A DNA stretch of 63,226 nt, the filler included, from Asterionella formosa (lineage: Eukaryota): assembly GCA_002256025.1 (NCBI GenBank). It is 8 parts of 8 records of this genome, joined end to end, with 100 filler letters (N's around TTAATTAATTAA, not from the genome) between each part and the next. Parts side by side here need not be neighbours in the genome. Positions count along the whole stretch, not along the records: positions 1 to 18,910 come from NKIB01003906.1; positions 19,011 to 37,911 come from NKIB01003908.1; 6 more parts are not named here. The stretch is one strand, 5' to 3'. A program made the position numbers and the translations under genes. Position 1 is the first letter of the stretch. The number at the start of each line of letters is the position of its first letter. Of this stretch, positions 13,044-24,014 are shown piece after piece. The notes below the pieces were generated by a model. The model worked only from the letters and a program-made list of their open reading frames with translations, did not search any database and had not been told where the DNA came from.

Positions 13044-13437
13044 TACCATGGTACCGAAAAGAAACGAAAGGTACAGTTAACGGTTTCAGAACTGGACCAT
13101 CCAGTTTCTCGGACTCCTCTTAACAGTCAGCCAGTCTGGCGGTATGAAACCAACAAAACGAGACGTCGTTGTACCAGTATCGCCAGGGACAAGGTTCTCA
13201 TGAGTACAAGGTATCGGGGACAAGGTACCTTGGTAACCGATACTTGCTCGCCACAGATACGCACATGCACAGCGACATTTGCTTGTAAGCCTGCGCAGTG
13301 ACCATCGCAGGTCCTTGTACCTGGCACCTGGTACCAGGATAAGTACCGATTGACTTGACACAACGCATGCCTCATCATCAAAATTCATTGATGGAAAATT
13401 TATATTGCCCCATTGCCAAAAAGATATCCTGAAGAAA

Positions 13438-13919
13438 ATGTCAGTGATGAGCCACGGCAATCATAGAATCTGTCTACCGTATTAAAATATCAACACTTTC
13501 CAACGTTGACGGAGGATGAATTCCTGAATGCAACGAATCAGAAGTAACGGATGTATTCTCTTCTGAGGAGTGTGTCATGGCTGGACGACCAGATGGCAAC
13601 TGGAAGGATAATCCAAGTCCAGCCTTCCTACGGCTTGGCACGCTTTGGGAATGGTCACTCTGACGCTTTTTCCGTCGTAGATTACGACATAAACAGTATC
13701 ACGAGAGGTACAATTTCGAAGATTTTTTATGTATCTATATTGGCATCTCTTCGTCAGTGCTATGTACTTGTTAGTCGCGACCCAACACCACCCTAATTTA
13801 TATACATAGACCATAGTACATATCGTCTAAAGCCATATCGGTAGTCATGTCTCGTGTAATGTTCAGACGTGAAGGAACTGATTGTTGCAAACGTACATTC
13901 CACATCATTGCGACCACAA
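13438..13919 (+). repeat. Dispersed ~480-bp cassette, copy B (upstream of secreted-protein ORF)
   Basis: Colinear with 1206-1697. Confidence 0.9.
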
Positions 13920-14012
13920 TGAGGGCAAAAAAGAGGTAGATCCTCCTTGCAAAAACATAAATAACATTTGCGAAAAACAATTGTCCACTACGTAGAATTG
14001 CTCCATCGCAAA

Positions 14013-14561
14013 GTGAAATTGAAGATCTTCTTTATATGCGTCCTCCTCCTTCCTTGGGGCGCCGCAGCCGATTGGAACCTCCGCGGTCTCATGCAGCGCG
14101 TTTTCAACATCCAGGCGGTAGACTGGAACCTCCGCCATCTTGCTGGTGGTGGCGGCATGATGGGGGGCGGCGGCATGGGAACCTTCCCTCCCACAGGCTC
14201 TTCCATCTCAAGCGTTACTGGCACAGGCGCTAAAGTCACAGCGGCACCATTGACTCCCCTTCCCACATCAGCTCCAGTCTCAAGCTCTAAAATCACACGT
14301 GCACCATTGACTCCCTCTCTCATATCAACTTCAGCTATTCAAGTGGCACTTGCTGGTGGCATGGGAGGAGGTGTACTAGGCGGCGGCATGGGTGGTACTT
14401 CTCAACCTGTCACACTGTCACCGACCAACGAAGGCGAAACTCGCGCACCGGTCGTGACTCAAAAGCCAAAGAAGACGAAGAAGACCAACATCACTCAAGC
14501 GCCTTCCCCTTTCCCTTCTAAAAGTGGAGATGTAATTTTTTCCCCAGCTCCTTCCTTGTAG
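14013..14561 (+). CDS. Putative secreted low-complexity (cell wall/mucilage-like) protein; GTG at expected start
   Basis: Signal-peptide-like KLKIFFICVLLLPWGAAA, two DWNLR(G/H)L motifs, two LAGG(G)MGGG blocks, TxAP repeats and KPKKTKK. The segment is GC-rich relative to its flanks. Confidence 0.6.
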   Translation: MKLKIFFICVLLLPWGAAADWNLRGLMQRVFNIQAVDWNLRHLAGGGGMMGGGGMGTFPPTGSSISSVTGTGAKVTAAPLTPLPTSAPVSSSKITRAPLTPSLISTSAIQVALAGGMGGGVLGGGMGGTSQPVTLSPTNEGETRAPVVTQKPKKTKKTNITQAPSPFPSKSGDVIFSPAPSL

Positions 14562-14769
14562 TCAACGCAATTGTCGAAAATTTGTGCTGAATCTGTCCGC
14601 CTTCAAAACTGTCTGTCTCTGCGCATGCCCTTTGTAAGTTTCCAACACTCCACATTCGACTACATTGTGCCGAGCCCCTTATGTGAAAGAAGACTTTTCG
14701 ATTCGTCTGCATCTTGTGTTCTCCTCCTCCATTGTAGGACAAAAAACCTCGCATATAAAGTAAATTATT

Positions 14770-15430
14770 TCATTTTTATTGATCACCTTCCCCATCAGTA
14801 TGAAGCTTGGGTCAATATTTGTCCGTATTGTGGCCTGCCTGGTAGAAGACAATGAACATATGTTGATGTTTAAGGATACCAAAGCCCAGTTTTATCAAAG
14901 TAGACGACTCACGGCGCTGACAACCGGAATGTTCAAGAAGCACAGTGGTAGAGAGGTGCAGTTGAAACATTTCATGCAGGATCAGCCAGGCTCGGGTCCG
15001 TTCCAGCTTACCTTCTTAAATCATGTACCCGAACCTACAAAGGGACCCATAAGCGAGGCAGTCGAACAACAAAACAGGTTGGGGGCAAATACTTACTCTA
15101 AGAGGCTGTTTGAGTAGCAAATGGAAGGCATCTTTCACTCAAAAGAAGGTTGGGCTACATCCCACAAGAGAAAAAGTGGAAACTGGGAGAAAATGGCTAT
15201 TTCGCACTTATGGAAACTTACTCATGGCTCATGGAAGGAACGCAACGAAGAATTACACCATGACAAACATGCAGAAATCGCGTAATCAGCTCAGAATGAA
15301 AAGATTAGGATGATTTATAATTTACAGAGCGAAATCTGCGAGAGTGACAAACACATCTTCAACACCGGCCTAGAAACGATGCTGCAATTCAAACAAAACA
15401 AGAAAAGGCGGTTTTTATAATGGGCAGAAT
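14770..15430 (+). mobile_element. Degenerate LINE C-terminal fragment
   Basis: CPYCG...EDNEHML zinc-finger-like motif followed by EQQNRLG..W-rich segments, frameshifted. Confidence 0.55.
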
Positions 15431-17229
15431 ATCTGATCAATGCCTCTTATTAGGGGTTTACTATACATAGAGGAAGATCAGAATAGCTGGATATGTTCCG
15501 ATCTTGAGAATTTGAGAAAAATGAATACGTATGTTTGCATACCACGTCAATTCAGGGATTACGTATGCACTATTTACGTATGGAATCAGTATCACCCTAC
15601 AGGAAGAGAGGAATGGGTTGACCATTGGAGATCATTCATTTTTCACAGTTTATATCTTTAATTTAGATTACGTTTTACATTTTAACCTTTATTATCCGGT
15701 ATTGCCACTGAGAATATTGTCACCGTTAAAGACAGTTTCTGGTTAACAAGAATAGCCAGCCTATTTTCCCTTTACTACCTCTAGAAACATAGCAGCAATT
15801 CCCGCTGCTGGTATTGTCTTGCCATTCGAGTACTTCTAAGTAATTTTTAGGCTCTAAGTCATTTCTCAAGTAGTTTTTATTTAGGGGCATTATCGGGCAC
15901 ATCAATTTTTTTCAGCATTAAATTTGCCGATTTTAGCATGACAGCCAGAATAACGGTAAAATACATGGAGATGGTACAACAAGCGTAAAACACACAAGAA
16001 TGATTGTAACATGCGACATCAATGAAAATTGAACATGATGTTGAAATACGATGTAATAAGTAGTGTCAAATGAGAAATAGAAAAAATTGTTTTGGGTAAG
16101 AAATGAAGTAAAAAATAGGAGTTTCAATGGAAACATATGCATTCTAGCACTTACACAGGCAACAATTACTTTCCATCACACCATCGAAGAGCAAAACAAA
16201 ACAGATTAGAAGAAAAAATCTGCATCGTGATGCAGCACAGATGATCTGGTTGCTGCAACCATGAACATCTCTGTGGTAGCCTGACCCAAGTTGCTTGCAG
16301 TCCTTCCGCCCACAGTCATTCTTCCTCCCACCAAACAACCCTGATCATTCCATTCTGAGCGAGCGTGATCGCCAGCCTGCTCCAGCACTATCGATTGCCT
16401 CTAGCTGAGTGATTATGTAGCTTGTGATACGTAGCAAAGCGAATTAGTACAAGAATAGCATTGCTTGGCGGAAATATTGACATCATGGTCAATGACTATA
16501 CAAATCAACAAATAAGATCAACAACAGCACAATACCACATCTTCAAGAGTAGTCATTGATACATGCATATGCCCTTGTGTAGATAGTTACAATCGAATCA
16601 AAACAACAGCGCAGAACGACAAAGAACGATAGAAGCGATCAAATGGACCATGGAAGCAGCAATCAAATTGGAAATTCGACAATCATATCTATGATCACAT
16701 TCAGTGTTTGACTGTTTTATTCACCAGTCCGCTCTAACAAGCGTAACACGCAGCAGAAGATGGGCTCATAAGGAAGTTGAAAGTTCCTGTTGCAAGCCCG
16801 AATTGAGCAATGACAAGTAGAATAGAGTGAGAATTATAATTGTGAGGACGAAATCGGGCATATGGTACATAAAATCAATCAATATGTGAACGATATAATT
16901 TAACATTCTGGTCTCGTAAAAATAATACTGAGTCTACATAGATTATATAATAACGTGTTCAAAGTAAGCGTTAAAGTTTAGCACAAACCATGCATGGTTG
17001 TTTTCAGTACCACGTACGTATGTAGACTAGATGAATACCGGTAGAATATCCATTAAGGCAGCATCATCAGATGCATGACCGGAGGAAAAACTTGCCACCA
17101 ACATCAGATGTATCGATTTCATTGTTTGTCCGACAAAAGTTGGATGATGCGACTACATGAATCACTCGAGAAGACAAGCAATACAACAACCAACCGCATC
17201 CGTTAGACAACAAATCGCTACTGCCATCA

Positions 17230-17460
17230 TCACTGAACTGATTTGATAGATGTTGGGTGCAGAGGGAGTTGAACGAGAGAGCGGTCTGCTAATTTAATTT
17301 TGTCAGAGTGTTCAGAAAACTCGGTAATCAGTTTGTCTGCTTCTTTTATTAGAATCTCTGCTTTTTCGTCGTCCGTTTCGCCATATAAAAGGTTGTTTCG
17401 TGCTTTCCACTGGTCGAGTCCAAATGTCCACATTTCCGCTATAAGTTTGGATGACTATTG
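17230..17460 (-). mobile_element. Degenerate LINE extreme C-terminal fragment
   Basis: MWTFGLDQWKARNNLLYG, the W..W..RN..L.G motif seen at LINE ORF ends. Confidence 0.5.
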
Positions 17461-17480
17461 GTTGACTGCCCCTGACTAAT

Positions 17481-17730
17481 ATCAATCAAATGTACTTTTT
17501 TCTGGTCCCAAAAGAGAATCAAACATCCTGCCCTATCTGGTCCAAGTAGCATGAAAGGCATTTCCAATCACAAACAGGATTGTTTGACCCAATGCTGCCT
17601 AGCTCGGCTATCAATTAAATATGCTTTTTTCTTGTCCCAAAAGAAGAATCGAACATTCCGGTCCAAGTAGAATGAAAGGCATTTCCTATTACAAACAGGA
17701 TTAGTTTGCCCAATGTTGCCTAACTCGGCA
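17481..17730 (+). repeat. Diverged tandem duplication, ~125-bp unit x2
   Basis: 17481-17609 and 17610-17730 share GGTCCAAGTAG.ATGAAAGGCATTTCC and CAAACAGGATT. Confidence 0.8.
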
Positions 17731-18282
17731 ATACACAACAACAGTGAAACCGGAGTCAGGCAAAGAAGTGGAGGGTGACCCAGAGCTTGCCGATTTCATA
17801 TGGAATGGTTCTGATGCACTACTTCCGATGAATCAGACCATTGAACGTACCAACAAGGCACGTTCAGATTAGATCATATCAACATTTGGTGGCATGTGAA
17901 TTAAAAAGTTGAGTGAGTGAATGTCAGAATTTATTGAATAATCAATTTAAAGGAGAGAATCTTAGGTAAGTTCTTGTAGGGAGATGCTCGCAAAGCATGA
18001 TGTTTTGATTTGGTGATTATATTCTTATCAAATATGTTTCAATTTAAAAATGCTAACATAATTCATGACACACCAGCTGGTCTAACAGAATATAACTTCC
18101 AGATTATGGATATTGATGACTTTATTATTAGGTGGGCGTTCACGCTTTATCGTTTTGCGCAGTCAAAGGACATTGACAGGGGAAGCCAAGGATACAAAGT
18201 CTGGCGTGATGTTCTTGCTCTACTTTTTTTTATAGGCAGGACAAGCCAAGGAGAACCATTTTAACAGGAGACAAATCTGGTG

Positions 18283-18528
18283 TGACCAAATTTCAACTCA
18301 TTGTGCGTTTGGGCACAGTGTGAATTGCAATCACGTTTTGTTGTTTCGCTGATCAATGCCAGTACAGAAGCATTTTGCTTCTTGGTGCTGAAAGGAAAAT
18401 TCCGATTGACCAAATTTCAACTAAGTCTTCGGGCACAGTGTGAATTGCAATCACGTTTTGGTGGTTCGCTGATCAATGCCAGTACAGAAGCATTTTGCTT
18501 CTTGGTGCTGAAAGGAAAATTCCGATTG
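18283..18528 (+). repeat. Tandem duplication, ~120-bp unit x2, in a degenerate ORF
   Basis: Units start at 18283 and 18407 and are nearly identical. The peptide SLINASTEAFCFLVLKGKFRL is repeated. Confidence 0.9.
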
Positions 18529-18910
18529 CAACCAAAATAATTGGGTTTCAATCCAGATACGCATGAAATTTCAGAGAACGATATTCGTCATTCTACTGAT
18601 TTTGTCAACATTAGTGGGAAACCACTTATCAAAAAAATGTGAGGGAAGAAAGTTCAGTTTCAAATGGTCTCACTGATCAATGAAGTAACTGATGCTTTAC
18701 TCGTTTATTATAAGGAAATCTACACTGGACTTTCACAAATGAATCGATCTGAATATGGAGGGAATCCTAGTTGAATTGCTACTCTTCCACCACAAATATC
18801 ATCTGCCCACACTCATACTTCTCATTTCCCAACGTAAGTGAAGAGGATATGCATCAAGATGTTGAACCACTTCAACCAAATGTTCCTGAGAAGAATATTG
18901 ATTACAATGA

Positions 18911-19010
18911 NNNNNNNNNNNNNNNNNNNNNNNNNNNNNNNNNNNNNNNNNNNNTTAATTAATTAANNNNNNNNNNNNNNNNNNNNNNNNNNNNNNNNNN
19001 NNNNNNNNNN
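18911..19010. other. Artificial contig linker N44-TTAATTAATTAA-N44 (also 37912-38011, 39184-39283, 40456-40555, 41728-41827, 42999-43098, 61956-62055)
   Basis: Seven identical 100-nt blocks carrying a six-frame stop linker. Confidence 0.98.
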
Positions 19011-22000
19011 TATATGATGGGCAATAGTAGGCTAAAATTGACATTTATGCTAAATTTGTGGGCAGTAGGTAAGCGAATGACGCGACGATAGCTAGAGCGG
19101 GAATTGCCTCAACAATACCCTTCTCGGCGGCTACTTGCCTTCTCGTATACATGTGTACTCGACTGGGATGGCACTCGTAGGGTGACCTTCTCGCAGCACT
19201 GGGGGCGCCACTCGTACGGTCAACCTACTCGCGCCACCCAGCCTCGAACACATGTATACTCGCAGGCAAGAGACCACCTCGGGCGTGTATTGCCTTCAGC
19301 AACTCTTCTCTTTGCGCGTATTTATCACCATGTAAAGGGTTCCTTTACAATCAAAGACTTGTTGGCTCGAATCTTTTTCGGTTTGACTCGCTGTTCAAAG
19401 TCTTGGGCAGGAGAAGTTGGAGGAGATACATCGTCGATGTCTTCTTCATTCGTCTCGGTAGGCGACAAAGCCCGATGATCCATCATGTTGTTAGAGTGTT
19501 GCTGTTGGCTGCGATACTCTGTCGGAGTATTTCCTAAGGACAACGATGTTTGTTTCGGAGCCAAGTCTATGATGGAACAAAATCAAGACTTTGTGAAAAT
19601 ATGGAAGATGGCGGAAATGGCGGAAAGGAGGATTTAGCACTTATTGTTCGTTCCTCAATTCGGCGAGAATGACAAGGAAATGCATCCAGCTATCAGAGTA
19701 CCGGTAATACGTCATTCTGGTTCTGATGAGGGTGGAACTGATGGAGTACTTGCAGGTACTGACTGTGCGCAAGAACCATTAAAAACCGCCAGTAAGATGC
19801 AGAGAAGAATTTTTTTAGTCACATAGTAGAAATTAGGCGAATGCTTGATCAAAAAGACGAACAAGGATGTAACCACCACGACTCAAACTACCGGTACCAG
19901 TATGCATACCGGTAGTCAAAAACGTCACACTTTTTCTGAAATCCTTGCTATTCCAGTATAGCCATGATACTATAGTAGGAGAAACAAAGGATGATGTCAA
20001 TAGATTGACCACTTATTACTAAGTAATACTAAGTAAAAAATTGGTGTAGTTTCTGAAACTGTATTTTTTGTTGTCCTGATATCAAATTGAGAAAAAGCAT
20101 AAGATCATATTCTGATGCCATTAATGATTTCTTTAAAATAGTTGAAAAGAGATTGATGGAAATGCTAGAACAAGAAGGAGCCAAGAGCAATCACTGACAG
20201 TACAAAATGCCTGTGATAACAACATCTTGGTTCCCTTGTCAAAAAACCTGCCAGCGATGATTTCCAGCCACACTATCCCTCCCACTTCATACATGAATTT
20301 CTGATAGGCCGCTCTGTTCAAGATGCAATGATGAACAGAGAGCTTTGTTATCATACAATCTCCGAGATGTGGAAGGGCGAAAAATTCGCAGACAACATTG
20401 GTGGGAAACTGGCAATGTTCAGGAAGGTTGGCATAAGAAAGCAAGGAATCCGTCTCCTTCATTGTAGAAGTGTAATCAAATAAATGTTTTGGCGGAATCA
20501 TTATATGGATGATCAAATGGGGCGACGAAATGGCATCAGATTTAAAAATCGACCTGATAATTTTCAACTGCAAAAACTCTCTGGGATGCAAAGCAGTGCT
20601 TAGATGCTCTATGAATGTACTACAACTAGTAGCAGAATCATTTGTCCAATACTAAGTAGCACAGCATCTGCCTCCAATTGACTTGCATGCAATCATTGTA
20701 GCAATCAAAACTATTTTCATTTTAGCTGTTATAGTCTATCATTTGGTGCAACCAATATGGTCGAGATGATGAATTGGTTGCCATCACTACTACTCTTAAC
20801 AACAATGATGCTATCACGACTATGTTTCAAATAACATGTTTCTGTGATAGAAAATAAAATGATGGACAAGCTAAATTAATTTGAACCCTTCTTTGCTAAG
20901 TACATCAAGGCTTTTACTATGCAGATAGTACCAGCAAGAAGCAGCTTAGTTCACGGTTTGCAGCTTGCTGGCTTGCTGATCATTTTCAACGTTTCTACTA
21001 AAGATAACATAATATTTCATCACAGTTCTGTTAAATTACATATAATTTTACTATTGCCTATTTTTTCAATTGTGACATAAGCAATTCGATTGCTCAGAGA
21101 ATTTACGAACTTTCTCTATCTAAAGACTTGCTGGTACCAGGTAGTAGCATCACTTAAAAATGGCTTTGAGCCACTTCGAATCATCTTGTGCATCTTGACC
21201 ATGACGAAAATAGCGGAAATGTCTGCGAAAATCGAGAACGACGCCTTCCTATTTGATGCGTATATCTAGCATGACATAGAAAGTACAATTGTAGAAGAAC
21301 TATTGGTATAGCAAAAATATTAACAACGAAAATTAAAGCTGCCGTTGGAGAAGTTTTCCATTTTCTTTATAAATGCACAGTTCAACACAATGATGTTTGA
21401 TAAAGATTCAACACATCAAAGTAGCTGCACAACGACAACTGCTAAAAATAGAACAATATAATGATAAATTGAAGTTACTGTGTTGTGTGAATGACTGTGC
21501 ACATCTCATGATTTGTTGATGTTTCGAGATGAGTACATGATGCATTTTGTTGATTACAATATAATATTGCTTTTTAACTTCGGAAGAAATCGTTTTTTAC
21601 TAGACCAAATTAACAAGTTGGCCTGGTAAAATCCACTATTTTCAGCATAGTTAAAAAACCGAAGTTCCTTTCTGCAGTTTCTCGCCAGATCCTATATCCT
21701 GACGGTATATAGCGATGATCAATGACTCTTTCTAAGTATACGGAAAGGGTGCATATTGATAAAAGCCCCGCTTAGCGATATACATTTATGTTTTTCTCAT
21801 ATGACTTGTATGTTTGATTACTCGGACTTAATTTTTTAAATCCTACCTTAAGCTAGGCGTTCAAATGCAGGAGGAGTTTTTAGTAAAGTTTTGCTTTAAG
21901 TAGAGTCCATTTGCTTAAACTAACATTGTCCCTAAATACTTTACCCCAAAATCACGATTTGTCAGAACCTGTTTTGTCCCTAATTATCTGAGTTTATCTG

Positions 22001-22559
22001 AATTATCAAATTTTTTCCAGTCGTCTTTATATGGCCTGTGGGCACGAGCCGTTAGAAATTGCATACTTTGATTTCTTAATGGCTGTGGAGTCGGGAAATA
22101 TTTGTCAGTTTTGGGAATGAGTACACGAATAAGCAAAACTACCGCAACTTGCACCAGCAGGTACCCTGGTACCACTGGGAAGGTCCGGTAACACATGTTT
22201 TATACGCACCTTTTCAGTTTCGACTCTCTCCCAATGATTCGTTCCATGCCTGCTAGACGCGATAGGCCAGCTTTCGAAGGAAATAATATTCCTTAAGTAA
22301 TTTAGGAAAACATTACTCTTATTGACTGATGACAATTTGAAGAATCAGTCTCTGAACATAACTCGGATTTGCTGACTGATGAACCAGTTCAGCAAACCGT
22401 CTTCTAGCTTTAGAATACAAATAGGAATCATCTCTTTCTACGTTTAGAACTTGCTCAAAATGACTAGAACTTGCTGACTATGACTGGAATTTGCTAGCAA
22501 CGGAGCACATAACTCCGAATATGTTGAAGGGGCAGCGTCACCAGGACAGAAAAAGCCAT

Positions 22560-22860
22560 TAAATTGGCCCCACCAATCTTGTCCTTCACAGGTGGCATGG
22601 CGCTTCTGGCGAAAGGTCTTTTACCTTACTAATCAGGACTTAGCAAGAACGAATGGAAAAGTGTGGACACCTTGGGACCATGGTTCAGACAACCCATCCA
22701 CCAGCAGGAGACATACTTTGTGGACACAACAGATCTTCGCCTGTTTGAGTATTCAGAGAGTTGGATATATAAGATGTATCCACCAGCGCAGCCATACCAT
22801 TCACACATTCTCTACAACATTAGTGATAGTCTTCAGTAGGCCCACGCTTTCACTACCTAC
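22560..22860 (+). mobile_element. Degenerate LINE internal fragment
   Basis: WPHQSCPSQVAWRFWRK...LGPW pattern, recalled from the RT-RNase H connector of diatom LINEs; frameshifted. Confidence 0.45.
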
Positions 22861-24014
22861 TAAGATTACGGTTAGAACACCAGATGATGTCTTCGAAATC
22901 GGTTTCGTTATCCTTTACTAGTAGCTAACAATAATGCACATATGCATATGTACACTCATTGGCAGGGGTTGACAAACATATTCTATTATCGCTCTGCGCG
23001 CATCTAACCCCAATGGAATCTAGCTCTCCAGTAAAACCCCCCTACTTTTTCGATTGGGGTGAATGAGCAAGTTTGACCCTAAAATAGCTAGTTCCTGCCA
23101 AATCGAGTTCTAGCATGATGGTATTCTGAACGATCATGCCATGAATGAAAGATAACCATTCTCCAAGCTAGCCAGATTATATATTTAAGTATTGGATCTA
23201 CTACAGAGGTGTATATCCGAGATGTCCAAATTGTCATTTTGGCAATCTTACAGAAACTTGTTGATGGGCGAGTCTCTTCAAATTCAAATCCATGCTTCAC
23301 ATGGCTGGATATTTCATAGTAAGGTTGCTTGATAGGGCCCAGACAAGAAAAAATACCTTCCTTGCTGCACAAAGTGTCCGAAAATGCAGGGTTAGCTAGT
23401 TCAGGGAACTCCTCATCACTTTTTGACTAGTAAATATCTAGCAAATCACTAATTGTTTATATCAATGATAGATAATTTTCCCAACTAAACTTAAAATGAT
23501 TGCTTTTGTTTACCATAAAGAAAATCGAAAATTATAATCAATTTTTGCATTATCATCGAAATTATGCACTGTTTTAGCCTCGTTTTTCTACTTAAAAACG
23601 ATCTCAAAATCCTGTCAGTTGGTTTGCCAACAAAACAGCGAAATGGGACGACTGAGAACATTCAGATATTCCTGAATGAATATTGAACATTTCGCCCAAT
23701 GCTTCTCTCCAATCGATAGAGATATTTACCACCAATCAACTGTCAAAGGAGGACCACAGATCCGCTGGAAACCGAATCGGATGCCAGTTACCAATCGAAT
23801 CCAACAACGCAACAAAGCAACCCGGAAACCCGTCAGATACTTTAGTCGTACCAGGATCGAACAACCATTTGCACGTAGAAGATTTAAATATTCGCAGCGA
23901 CGGTTGCAGACCATTCAGCCACGACGAGACAAAAACCACAATCTTGTCAAATGATCAATTCCAACCGACCCATCATTTCCGGAGCCTCGTATAATCACAG
24001 TGTGGCGGAACAGT

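Noticed and set aside
18955..18966. TTAATTAATTAA palindromes as a biological motif
   Set aside because: Always centred in identical N blocks; a synthetic six-frame stop linker.
19104..23372. Short ORFs at 19325-19564, 20133-20591 and 23088-23372 as genes
   Set aside because: No recognisable domain or splice structure; likely decayed repeats or chance ORFs.
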